Part shown: positions 1 through 8,422 of the stretch, in pieces | Layout: each line of letters starts with the position of its first letter | How positions within the stretch are numbered: position 1 is the first letter of the stretch | Assembly (NCBI GenBank): GCA_021650915.1 | Contig: CP091279.1 | Location: 3,720,001-3,752,000 of the forward strand | Direction: 5' to 3' | Length of the DNA stretch: 32,000 bases | Source of the DNA: Candidatus Brocadia sp. | GTDB taxonomy: Bacteria > Planctomycetota > Brocadiia > Brocadiales > Brocadiaceae | Notes under the pieces: generated by a model | What the model was told of the DNA's origin: nothing | Seen by the model: the letters and a program-made list of their open reading frames with translations, nothing else | Database searches by the model: none | Made by a program: the position numbers and the translations under genes

Positions 1-194
1 GGTGGCTTATCCCGGGTGATTTATTGCACTTTATCAAAAACCCGGAGAGGTTAAGACTAAAACCCAGTTTTTTTGATTTCAAAACAAAAGACGATATTAT
101 TTCCCTCAGCGATCCTATGCCAGTAATTGGAAGAATATCGTCCGTTCTGGCTTTTTTATATGATAAGGAAATGAAAAATCTTTTACATGGATGA
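1..194 (+). CDS. 3' end of an upstream CDS entering from the left edge (product unknown)
   Basis: Frame 3 is open from the window edge to TGA at 192-194 (about 63 codons, ...PGDLLHFIKNPERLRLKPSFFDF...KEMKNLLHG*). It is on the same strand as the next gene and ends 9 nt before that gene's ATG. No motif recognised. Confidence 0.3.
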   Translation, partial: WLIPGDLLHFIKNPERLRLKPSFFDFKTKDDIISLSDPMPVIGRISSVLAFLYDKEMKNLLHG

Positions 195-203
195 GGATAA
201 TTT

Positions 204-995
204 ATGAACATAAGAAGAAATTGTATTTTATTGGTATGGTTTGTAGCGATTGTTATTTTTTCCGTGACTACGATAAGCAATGCCGAAGAATCTCCTGCGC
301 ATGTGGCTCAGGAAGATTTGTATGAAAAGGCGATGGTTCTTAAAGAAGATGGTAAGGGTGATGAGGCGATAAATATGTTCAATAAATTCATGGACACCAA
401 CAAGGACGAATTAAAAAGAACTGATGCCATGTTAGAGCAATGCATGATTATGAAAGGTATGAAAACTCCTACTTGGAAAACTAAGGCAAGAGAGGCACAA
501 CAAAAGGTTAAAATTCTTTATAGAACTAATTATATGAATCCAGAATACTGGCTTGTCTATGCAAAGTTTGCAGCGATTGTCAATGAGGAACGTGATGTAT
601 ATGGAGCATTTAAAAAGGCATTTTACTATAAGCCGGATTATCCGGAAGGTTATATTGTAAAGGGAGATTTGTACAGCTACCTTGCAAAAAATACCGACCC
701 GTCAGAATCCACTGCAAGCACTGCAATCGGTTATGAAGAGGCACATGTCAGTAAAGAGAATTCCGTCCGTTACCAGAAAGGAAAAGAGGCAAAGGAGTCT
801 TACGAAATTGCACTTAGAAATTCAACCCTGGATAACGATAAAAAGGCGTCTATTCATTATAAAATTGGCGAACTGGAAATGAATATTTTATTAAATAAAG
901 AAGAAGCGATTAAGAACTGGAAGAAGACGGTTGAGCTTTCCCGTGATAGTATGTATGGTAAAAAATCCGCCGAACTCTTGAGCAAGAATCTGTGA
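204..995 (+). CDS. secreted TPR-like helical-repeat protein
   Basis: 263 aa. ATG 204 is preceded by GAGGA (193-197). N-terminal signal peptide MNIRRNCILLVWFVAIVIFSVTTISNA/EE. Several TPR-like helix pairs (EAINMFNKFMDTN, PEYWLVYAKFAAIV, DYPEGYIVKGDLYSYLAK, ASIHYKIGELE...EEAIKNWKKTVELS). The stop overlaps the next start (GTGA). Confidence 0.7.
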   Translation: MNIRRNCILLVWFVAIVIFSVTTISNAEESPAHVAQEDLYEKAMVLKEDGKGDEAINMFNKFMDTNKDELKRTDAMLEQCMIMKGMKTPTWKTKAREAQQKVKILYRTNYMNPEYWLVYAKFAAIVNEERDVYGAFKKAFYYKPDYPEGYIVKGDLYSYLAKNTDPSESTASTAIGYEEAHVSKENSVRYQKGKEAKESYEIALRNSTLDNDKKASIHYKIGELEMNILLNKEEAIKNWKKTVELSRDSMYGKKSAELLSKNL

Positions 996-1816
996 TTAAT
1001 GGTTTGACCGTTGACCTTGAAGACTGGTATCACATCTGTGGCGTAGAAGGCTATTCTGACCCACAGAACTGGGATACGTATGAAAATCGCATCATAAGAA
1101 ATACCGATAAGGTACTTGCCCTGTTAAGAACGTATAAAGTAAGGGCTACTTTTTTTGTCCTTGGATACATTGCCTTCAAAGAGCCGGATCTCATAAGAAC
1201 AATTAAGAGTGAGGGGCATGAAATAGCAACGCACGGCTTCTATCATAAAAGGATCTTTGAGATGACGGAACGGGAGTTTGAGGAAGATGTTCATAAGTCT
1301 ATTTCGGTCATATCATCAAATATCAACGAGGATGTTCTAGGCTTTAGGGCACCGGAATGGTCGATAAGAAAAGAAACTCCTTGGATGTTGAAAATACTCA
1401 GGAAACTTGGTATTCTCTATGACTCGAGTATGGTTCCCCTTACCAGAATGGGAAGCAGGGATTTTCCTCTTTATCCATGCAAATTTACTACTGATTACGG
1501 AGTAATATGGGAATTTCCTCTTACTACAACAAGGCTATTTTGGGAACATCTCCCTTTTACCGGAGGATTGCCCCTGAGGATATTCCCTTACTTTTACATT
1601 GTCTCGAAGATTCAAAGAATAAATCGGGAAGGATATCCGGTTATCGTTTATATTCATCCGTGGGAATTTGACGTGGAACAGCCACACATTGACCTCCCGG
1701 TAAGCAGACGTTTTATGCATTATTTTAATATAAAAGCAACGTGCAAAAAGGTGGAGGGCTTGCTTCAGCATTTCCAGTTTTCCACGGTGAAGGACGTGCT
1801 TGGGATCAGGACATGA
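992..1816 (+). CDS. polysaccharide deacetylase-family hydrolase (CE4/NodB-like, DUF3473 / PEP-CTERM-locus subtype)
   Basis: 274 aa. Blocks LTVDLEDWYH, KVRATFFVLGYIA, GHEIATHGFYH, GFRAPEWS, FTGGLPLRIFPY and VYIHPWEFD match my memory of the DUF3473-type deacetylases found in exosortase/EPS loci. GTG start at 992 lies in a GTGA overlap with the upstream stop. Confidence 0.85.
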   Translation: MINGLTVDLEDWYHICGVEGYSDPQNWDTYENRIIRNTDKVLALLRTYKVRATFFVLGYIAFKEPDLIRTIKSEGHEIATHGFYHKRIFEMTEREFEEDVHKSISVISSNINEDVLGFRAPEWSIRKETPWMLKILRKLGILYDSSMVPLTRMGSRDFPLYPCKFTTDYGVIWEFPLTTTRLFWEHLPFTGGLPLRIFPYFYIVSKIQRINREGYPVIVYIHPWEFDVEQPHIDLPVSRRFMHYFNIKATCKKVEGLLQHFQFSTVKDVLGIRT

Positions 1817-2016
1817 GAGATGCCTATTTTATGAAATCATTATTTTCTGCCCTTTTGTGCTATGTTGTCTTGCTGGCCATTTTGATAATTTTCGTTGCTG
1901 TTACAGGCATTATGGGAGCGCTCTTTCTTCTTACAATCGGTGTAGTATTCCTGGTTTATTTTTATGGCGGGTTTAAAAAAATTACCGTTTTGGGAGGCAA
2001 AGGTCGTACGTTTTGA
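1813..2016 (+). CDS. small two-helix membrane protein (67 aa), no recognised family
   Basis: ORF-track ORF 1741-2016 trimmed to ATG 1813, which forms an ATGA overlap with the deacetylase stop (alternative ATG at 1831). Two hydrophobic helices (SLFSALLCYVVLLAILIIFVAV, GALFLLTIGVVFLVYFYGGF) plus a basic tail. Its TGA overlaps the TTG start of the next gene. Confidence 0.45.
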   Translation: MRDAYFMKSLFSALLCYVVLLAILIIFVAVTGIMGALFLLTIGVVFLVYFYGGFKKITVLGGKGRTF

Positions 2017-3224
2017 ATAGAAGGGTTGTTGTAACCGGTATCGGTATGATCACTGCCCATGGCATCGGGATAAAGGCAAATTGGACAAAGATAAAATCAG
2101 GCATGTCCAGCATACAGGAGATTGCATCATTTGATTCTTCAAAATACAGAGGAAAGACAGGCGGAGAAGCGCGTGAATTTAGTACTGCTACCCTTAACAA
2201 TCTGAAGAATAAAAGGCTCGATAGGGCGTCACATCTTTTGATTCATACAACACGCGAAGCGCTTGCGGATGCGAATATCATTGATGCGGTAAAAAACATA
2301 CCTGTACTTTTGTCTGTTGGCACAACGCTCGGCGGTATGATTTCCGGAGAGATATTCCATAAAGAGGTTATAAAAAGAGGGCTGAACAGGGCAAAGGTTT
2401 CCCGGGTATTTGATTATCTGGCTCATTATCAGGCGATTCATCTTTTTAAGGAATTGGAATTAAAAGGGGACTTTTTCGTTTTCTCCAATGCCTGCGCTTC
2501 AGGCACCGATGCTATTGGACATGCATTCAATTCAATACGACACGGTGATTATGACGTGGCCATTTGCGGGGGATATGATACCATGAGTGAGTTTTCATTT
2601 GCAGGATTTAACTCACTTATGGCAATAACACCAACCCTTTGCATGCCTTTTGATAAAAAGAGAGAAGGTCTGGTTCTTGGAGAGGGTGCAGGCGTTTTGA
2701 TTTTAGAGGAACTGGAACATGCTCATAAGCGAAATGCACGTATACTGGGTGAGATAGCTGGTTATGGCGCATCATCGGATGCATGCCATATGACAAGCCC
2801 TGAACCATCGGGAAAAGGTGCGGCGATCGCTATAAAAAGGGCTTTGAAAGATGCCGGCCATCCTGAAATTGATTACATAAATGCCCACGGTACCGGGACA
2901 AAATACAATGACATCATGGAAACGAACGCCGTGGTAATAGCGTTTGAAAGCAAGGCAAAGGAAATACCTGTCAGTTCAATAAAACCAATGATCGGGCACC
3001 TCCTCGGAGGCGCTGGAGCAGTTGAGGCAATCGTTTCCCTGTTATCCATACTTTACAAAACCCTTATACCTAATATAAATTATACAACGCCCGACCCTGA
3101 ATGTGCTTTAAATATCGTCAGGGAGTCTATGGGGTGTAATATAAAAACAGTCCTCTCCAACTCATTTGGATTTGGAGGTTCCAATGCAGCAATAATAATC
3201 AGGGAATATGTATGGAGAAATTAG
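2013..3224 (+). CDS. fabF: beta-ketoacyl-ACP synthase II-like ketosynthase (KS-1, catalytic)
   Basis: 403 aa. N-terminal VVVTGIGMIT. Active-site Cys in FSNACASGTDAIG (TGC at 2493-2495). His motifs INAHGTGT and KPMIGHLLGGAG. C-terminal NSFGFGGSNAAIII. TTG start in a TTGA overlap. Confidence 0.9.
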   Translation: MNRRVVVTGIGMITAHGIGIKANWTKIKSGMSSIQEIASFDSSKYRGKTGGEAREFSTATLNNLKNKRLDRASHLLIHTTREALADANIIDAVKNIPVLLSVGTTLGGMISGEIFHKEVIKRGLNRAKVSRVFDYLAHYQAIHLFKELELKGDFFVFSNACASGTDAIGHAFNSIRHGDYDVAICGGYDTMSEFSFAGFNSLMAITPTLCMPFDKKREGLVLGEGAGVLILEELEHAHKRNARILGEIAGYGASSDACHMTSPEPSGKGAAIAIKRALKDAGHPEIDYINAHGTGTKYNDIMETNAVVIAFESKAKEIPVSSIKPMIGHLLGGAGAVEAIVSLLSILYKTLIPNINYTTPDPECALNIVRESMGCNIKTVLSNSFGFGGSNAAIIIREYVWRN

Positions 3225-4267
3225 TTTTGACAGGTGTAGGCATGGTGACTTCTATGGGTATCGGGAAGGAACAATTCTGGAATAACGTAGTAAACGGCTC
3301 TTCCGGGATCAAACGTCTTACGAAGTTTCCTACGGCACACGAAACCTACTGTGGAGAAATTAGTGACTTTCATTTCGATGTATCGATAAGCGACAACAGG
3401 TTCAGACGCGCAGCGGATATATCAAAATACACGCTAACTGCAGTAAACTTAGCAATAAGCGATGCAGGCACGAAGACTTTGGATGACAAAGATACCGCAT
3501 TGGTCGTAGGGATAACCCATGGTGCATTAAATTATGCCCAAGCATTCCATAAGTCACTGGTGATGGAAGGCGTTGATGATATAAGCCCAATACATTTTTC
3601 AGATTCGGTGCTTAACGCCCCGGCCGGTAATGTATCCATCGGCTTTGGTATCAAAGGCCCGATTCATACGCTCGTTGGTGGCGCGACAACTGCTATAAAG
3701 GCAGTGATGCTTGCATCCCGGATGTTGAGCTCCGGAGTGGTTAGCAAGTCAATCGTTGTTTCCTCAGATGAACTGAACGAACTTTCTCTCCACTGCTATT
3801 CACGTCTGGGAATACATACCCTGTCGGAGGGTTCAGGCGCGGTATTGATTGAAAAAGAGGGAAAAATAACGGGAACGACACCCTATTGTTACCTATCAAG
3901 TATAGCATCCCAATGTAATCCCTCAAATCCCTGTGCTACATTGCATGAGGTAATCAATCAATGTTTGGAAAAGGCAGACATAGGTCCAAAAGATATAGAT
4001 CTTGTGATGACGGATTCTTGTGTGCCCGTCAAATCGGATCTTCATGACATTCCTGTCGGATGCATTATACCTCTTTCAGGAAATGCATTTTCACTTACGG
4101 TAATATTGCATATAATAGTGTCTTCTCTGGCCATTAACAATGGCGCGATACCAAAAGCCATTATCAGGAATGGCATTTCAATATCCGATTGCTTACAAAA
4201 TGTGCTCATCTACTCTACAGAAGAAGATGGCATTGCCTCTGCAATGATTTTATCGAAATGCTTATAA
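3212..4267 (+). CDS. KS-like protein lacking the catalytic Cys and His residues (KS-beta / chain-length-factor-like partner of KS-1)
   Basis: 351 aa. KS-like N-terminus LVLTGVGMVTSMGIGKEQFWNNVVNGSSGI and a SEGSGAVLIEKEG block. The nucleophile position reads LVGGATTAIKAV (no Cys), and there is no HGTGT or GHxxG motif. ATG 3212 overlaps the KS-1 stop by 13 nt. Confidence 0.8.
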   Translation: MEKLVLTGVGMVTSMGIGKEQFWNNVVNGSSGIKRLTKFPTAHETYCGEISDFHFDVSISDNRFRRAADISKYTLTAVNLAISDAGTKTLDDKDTALVVGITHGALNYAQAFHKSLVMEGVDDISPIHFSDSVLNAPAGNVSIGFGIKGPIHTLVGGATTAIKAVMLASRMLSSGVVSKSIVVSSDELNELSLHCYSRLGIHTLSEGSGAVLIEKEGKITGTTPYCYLSSIASQCNPSNPCATLHEVINQCLEKADIGPKDIDLVMTDSCVPVKSDLHDIPVGCIIPLSGNAFSLTVILHIIVSSLAINNGAIPKAIIRNGISISDCLQNVLIYSTEEDGIASAMILSKCL

Positions 4268-4286
4268 GTATGAATAGAATGCGTAT

Positions 4287-5351
4287 ATGAATCAAAGTGT
4301 AGATTCTCCCAATATAAAGTTGCTGTTAAGTCAATCACACCCCCAGATGTTTCTCACAGACCGGCTTATACGTTTTGTTGAAGAGGAAGGCATTTCCGAA
4401 CTTCTTCAATCTATGAGACGGTTTACCATTGAGGAGGCTCTTGAGGCATTCCGCGAAAAGCTTGGTTACAAGCTTCAGGATAGAGTAAGACTCAGAATGG
4501 CAAAAGTAATTGTTGATCTCTTATATGAATGTGAGTACCTGGAGAAGAAGGGCGAACGTTATTTCTGGATAGAAGGTAAGGGTTTTGAGACAAAATTGTC
4601 AGCAGATGGATACAAGGTGGCAAAGGACGCTTTTAAAGGACAGGTAGATTTTTTTGAAAGGTGTATCATGTATGCCGATAAGTTTTTGAATGGCAACCCA
4701 CCACTGTATAGCTTCGACAGCGCTTCAACCGGGATTTGGGAGGAATTTCTTGGTAATACCGAATTCAGATTTGCTCGCTCTGTCCTGATAAATCTGTTGT
4801 TTTCCGGGAGGAATGACAACGCAACCGTTCTTGCCCTTTGTTACGGACCCGGTTTTGATATCCTTCAAATGCAGGAACAGTACAATATAAGGGTAACAGC
4901 GCTGGATTTCAAAGACGTCTTTCAGAGTCAGGCGTCCCGGAGAATATTAAATCCCAATTCGGTAAAATGGGTTCAATCGGCATTATGGAAGGGATTTGGG
5001 ACTCCCCTGCCTTTTCATGATACTATGTTCGATGCCGTATTTTTTGCATGCGCTGACCCTTATATTCCGGAGGAATCACGCGAGTTTGTTTATAAAGATA
5101 TATTCAGGGTATTAAAACACGGTGGTATTCTCGGTATTGTAACCCGCAGTTATCCCGATACAGAGAGAAAATATGTGAAAGACCCTTTTGTAAGGAAAGG
5201 CACTCTTTGCCATGACTTTTCCGAAAGTGTTTGTGAGGGGTGGTGCGGGTTTTATCATCCGCAAGAATCGGAAAATCTTTTTAAAACCATCGGGTATCAT
5301 GTCAATACGATAATGCTGAATGCCTCTGTTTGGCGGCTTGATAAACCATGA
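4287..5351 (+). CDS. class I SAM-dependent methyltransferase with ~170-aa N-terminal helical extension
   Basis: 354 aa. The C-terminal half carries Rossmann-MTase blocks (VLALCYGPGFDIL, FDAVFFACA, IFRVLKHGGILGIV). The N-terminal extension resembles the dimerisation/winged-helix heads of small-molecule MTases. Its stop overlaps the next ATG (ATGA at 5348). Confidence 0.75.
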   Translation: MNQSVDSPNIKLLLSQSHPQMFLTDRLIRFVEEEGISELLQSMRRFTIEEALEAFREKLGYKLQDRVRLRMAKVIVDLLYECEYLEKKGERYFWIEGKGFETKLSADGYKVAKDAFKGQVDFFERCIMYADKFLNGNPPLYSFDSASTGIWEEFLGNTEFRFARSVLINLLFSGRNDNATVLALCYGPGFDILQMQEQYNIRVTALDFKDVFQSQASRRILNPNSVKWVQSALWKGFGTPLPFHDTMFDAVFFACADPYIPEESREFVYKDIFRVLKHGGILGIVTRSYPDTERKYVKDPFVRKGTLCHDFSESVCEGWCGFYHPQESENLFKTIGYHVNTIMLNASVWRLDKP

Positions 5352-6538
5352 AGAGTTTGAAGGATACTGTAGTCGTAACGGGAATCGGTGTTATTACTCC
5401 TCTGAAACCGTTTAGGGAAGTCGATGAGTTCTGGAATTCGTTGTGTTCCGGTGAAGATGCCATAAAAAGGATGTCACTTCCGCTGCTTGATATGGATAGG
5501 AAATGGCTTATGGCAGGTATCGATCAATCCCGTTTTCCGAATAGTATAAGTCCCGAAAACAAACTTCAATGGATTGCAGAAGAAGCGCTGTGCATGGCAA
5601 TGAAAGATGCAAATCTCGAAGAGTATGGCAACGCCGGCCTTTCTCTCGGAACGGTGCTTGGTAACGTGCTTGCAAAGGAAAAACGATTACTGGAGAACAA
5701 AAAACAACAGTCAAAATGGGATAATGAAGAGGAATCGCTTTCGCATATCACAGCATATCTTGCTGCTCAACATAATCTGAGCGGACCGACTATTACCATT
5801 TCCACAGCCTGTACTTCCGGTACGGACGCAATAGGAATAGCGGCGCGAAAAATAATGACCGGGAAAACAAGTATGATGTTTGCCGGTGGTGTCGACGTGC
5901 TCAGTGATTTTGCCATTTTAGGCTTTCATGTCCTTCAGGCTCTGACAGAGGAAAAGGTCAGACCTTTTGATAAGAACAGGAGTGGCCTTGCTCTTGGTGA
6001 GGGTGCGGCCTTCGTCGTGCTTGAGTCTGAAAAGCACGCAATTCATCGACAGGCAAAAATATATGGAAAGGTGATGGGCTATGCTTCAAGAGCCGATGCC
6101 AATCACCTGGCAGGCCCACACAGAGAAGGTCGAGGACTCGCTGATGCCATAAATCGTGCAATTTCAGAATATGCCCTCGAACCTCAGGAGATCGACTATA
6201 TTAATGCACATGGGACCGGCACGGTATATAATGACCTCATGGAAACAAAGGCCATAAAAAAGGTATTTGGAAAGGCGGCATACGATATCCCCATAAGCTC
6301 AACAAAATCGATGCTGGGGCATTCCTTCGGCGCTTCCGGCGCCATAGAGGCAATATGCTGTTTGCTTTCCATGAAAAACAAAGTAGTTCCTCCTACGATC
6401 AATTTCCATGAAAAAGACCCCGAATGTGACCTTGATTATGTTCCGAATGTGTCAAGATATCATGACGTGAACACAGCCATTTCACTGTCTGCAGGTTTTG
6501 GCGGTCAAAACGCTGCAATACTATTTGGTCAAGCATGA
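5348..6538 (+). CDS. fabF: beta-ketoacyl-ACP synthase-like ketosynthase (KS-2, catalytic)
   Basis: 396 aa. VVVTGIGVITP. Active-site Cys in ISTACTSGTDAIG (TGT at 5810-5812). INAHGTGT, KSMLGHSFGASG, SAGFGGQNAAILF. ATGA overlaps at both ends. Confidence 0.9.
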   Translation: MKSLKDTVVVTGIGVITPLKPFREVDEFWNSLCSGEDAIKRMSLPLLDMDRKWLMAGIDQSRFPNSISPENKLQWIAEEALCMAMKDANLEEYGNAGLSLGTVLGNVLAKEKRLLENKKQQSKWDNEEESLSHITAYLAAQHNLSGPTITISTACTSGTDAIGIAARKIMTGKTSMMFAGGVDVLSDFAILGFHVLQALTEEKVRPFDKNRSGLALGEGAAFVVLESEKHAIHRQAKIYGKVMGYASRADANHLAGPHREGRGLADAINRAISEYALEPQEIDYINAHGTGTVYNDLMETKAIKKVFGKAAYDIPISSTKSMLGHSFGASGAIEAICCLLSMKNKVVPPTINFHEKDPECDLDYVPNVSRYHDVNTAISLSAGFGGQNAAILFGQA

Positions 6539-7128
6539 AACCGGTAATCACGGGGGTGAGTAAAATAAGCAGCAACAACATCGAATATGCGGCATCCGGT
6601 CTTAAAGATTCTATCAGGCAGATGCGATTTGTTAACAGTCTGGAGCAATTGGCTGTTACCGCTGTTGGTATTATGCTGAATGATGCCAAAATAGATATTC
6701 CCATTGGGAATTCCAATGTCGGTCTTTTTGTTGGTATTGACGATTCTATAGAAGATATTAAGGATGAGTATTTTGAAGGTATTCTGAATGAGGGTATCCT
6801 GGGAGCAAGTCCTTTACTTTTTCCCTATACGACACCGAATTCACTGGCGGCACAGGTATCCATAGCGTTTGATATAAGGGGGGAAAATATCACAATTCCT
6901 ATACAATATTCATATCGCACGGTACTAGAATATGCGGTTGAATGTATTACCGAAAAATACACCGGAACAGCAATTGCAGGTGGAATTAGAGTACAAGATA
7001 AAAATTTATCTATTGGAAATGGTCGATATGTAGCAGAATTTTTTTTACTTGAAGACGTAGACAGCGCAAGAAAACGGGGAGCAACGATATATAACAATGC
7101 ATGGGAAGGGTTGTGTGAGAGTTTTTGA
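6535..7128 (+). CDS. half-length KS-like protein (N-terminal thiolase-fold half only, no catalytic Cys); putative partner of KS-2
   Basis: 197 aa. By eye it aligns only with the N-terminal half of a KS (VITGVSKIS, GLFVGIDDS, LLFPYTTPNSLAAQVSIAFDIRGENITI, AEFFLLEDVDSARKRGATIY). The nucleophile position reads IQYSYRT. The His-bearing C-terminal half is absent. ATGA overlap with KS-2. Confidence 0.6.
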   Translation: MKPVITGVSKISSNNIEYAASGLKDSIRQMRFVNSLEQLAVTAVGIMLNDAKIDIPIGNSNVGLFVGIDDSIEDIKDEYFEGILNEGILGASPLLFPYTTPNSLAAQVSIAFDIRGENITIPIQYSYRTVLEYAVECITEKYTGTAIAGGIRVQDKNLSIGNGRYVAEFFLLEDVDSARKRGATIYNNAWEGLCESF

Positions 7129-8422
7129 TGCCATTGATAGATATTCCTCAGACGAGATAAAAACTCTTCAGGGAGAATTGCTGACCGAAACCGTCCGGTA
7201 TGCATACGAGCATTCTCCTTACTACAAAAAAAGATTCGACGAACTTGGTTTACACCCTTTGCATATGAAAGGTATGGAAAGCATCGAAGAGATGCCTTTT
7301 ACCACGAAGGAAGATGTTCAAAGGGATACATGGGGGTTTCTGGCCGTTCCGAAGCAGGATATTGCAGAAATAGTTTCCACTACGGGAACAACGGGTGATC
7401 CTGCATTTATCGCCCTCACACACAATGATCTTGAAAGGCTTGCATGGAATGAGGAAAAGAGCTTCCGGTATGCCGGCGTTGTCAAAGGGGATCTATTCCA
7501 CATAGCGGTTACCTGTGATAATCTCTTTATAGCCGGAATAGCGTATTACAGAGGACTCATAAATTTGGGCGCCTCTGTTGCACGGATAGGACCGCAAAAT
7601 ACTATCAGGTATCTTGACCTGATAAGAAAATTGAAACCGACAGGTATTGTTGCAGTTCCGTCATTGATACTCCAGAAATTGTGTCGTGCCGGTGAAAATG
7701 GCATATCCGTGAAAGATCTTGGTTTAGAAAAGATTGTTCTCATTGGCGATACCGTCAGAAATGCGGATTTTAGCACGAACAGGCTTGGCAGTTTGATCGA
7801 GAACGCATTTGGCAGAATTTGTTACTCTACCTATGGGATTACCGAGGCGCACCTGTCATTCTGTGAGTGTCAGGTGCATCGCGGTCTTCACAGCCATCCT
7901 GATTTGGTTCTGGTGGAAATAGTCGATGATAACGGCAGAACCCTTTCTGACGGCGAGGTTGGAGAGTTGGTGCTCACTCCATTTCAGATAGAGGGAATGC
8001 CACTGATACGGTATAAAACGGGAGACATTACTTTTAAAATGTCAGAACCATGCCCGTGTGGAAGGAATTCTGTCCGCATTGGTCCAATTCTCGGAAGGAA
8101 ACATCACAAGCTGAAGGTCAAAGGCGTTACGCTCTATCCACAGACCATTGGGAATGCCCTTCTCGATGTAAAGGAAGTGATTAATTATCAGATAGAAGCA
8201 TATACAGGCGATGATCAGACAGACCACATACTCCTCTGGATTGGCTCCTATAATACCAGGAGAGATTTTCTGGCATCCTTGCATGACGCCATCCATGCCA
8301 GGGCCAGGATAACGCCCACAGTAAAAATTGAACGTCCGGAGGAAGTGGAAAAGAGGCTTTTTGAAGGGGGAAGCAGAAAGGCAATTACCTTTAAAGACAG
8401 GAGAATTAAATTGTATGAGTAA
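7097..8422 (+). CDS. adenylate-forming enzyme of the phenylacetate-CoA ligase (PaaK) / coenzyme F390 synthetase-like family
   Basis: 441 aa. N-terminus of PaaK type (SSDEIKTLQGELLTETVRYAYEHSPYYKKRFDELGLHP...MPFTTKEDV). AMP-binding loop STTGTTGDPAF. ITEA and YKTGD motifs. ATG 7097 overlaps the upstream gene by 32 nt; in-frame GTG 7115 (14-nt overlap) is an alternative start. Confidence 0.8.
   Translation: MHGKGCVRVFDAIDRYSSDEIKTLQGELLTETVRYAYEHSPYYKKRFDELGLHPLHMKGMESIEEMPFTTKEDVQRDTWGFLAVPKQDIAEIVSTTGTTGDPAFIALTHNDLERLAWNEEKSFRYAGVVKGDLFHIAVTCDNLFIAGIAYYRGLINLGASVARIGPQNTIRYLDLIRKLKPTGIVAVPSLILQKLCRAGENGISVKDLGLEKIVLIGDTVRNADFSTNRLGSLIENAFGRICYSTYGITEAHLSFCECQVHRGLHSHPDLVLVEIVDDNGRTLSDGEVGELVLTPFQIEGMPLIRYKTGDITFKMSEPCPCGRNSVRIGPILGRKHHKLKVKGVTLYPQTIGNALLDVKEVINYQIEAYTGDDQTDHILLWIGSYNTRRDFLASLHDAIHARARITPTVKIERPEEVEKRLFEGGSRKAITFKDRRIKLYE

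Noticed and set aside
6399-7205. Two - strand ORFs (105 and 126 aa) plus similar ones at 8042-8434 and 5508-5751
   Set aside because: All are antisense to motif-supported KS, ligase and rSAM genes within a tightly overlapping + strand operon.
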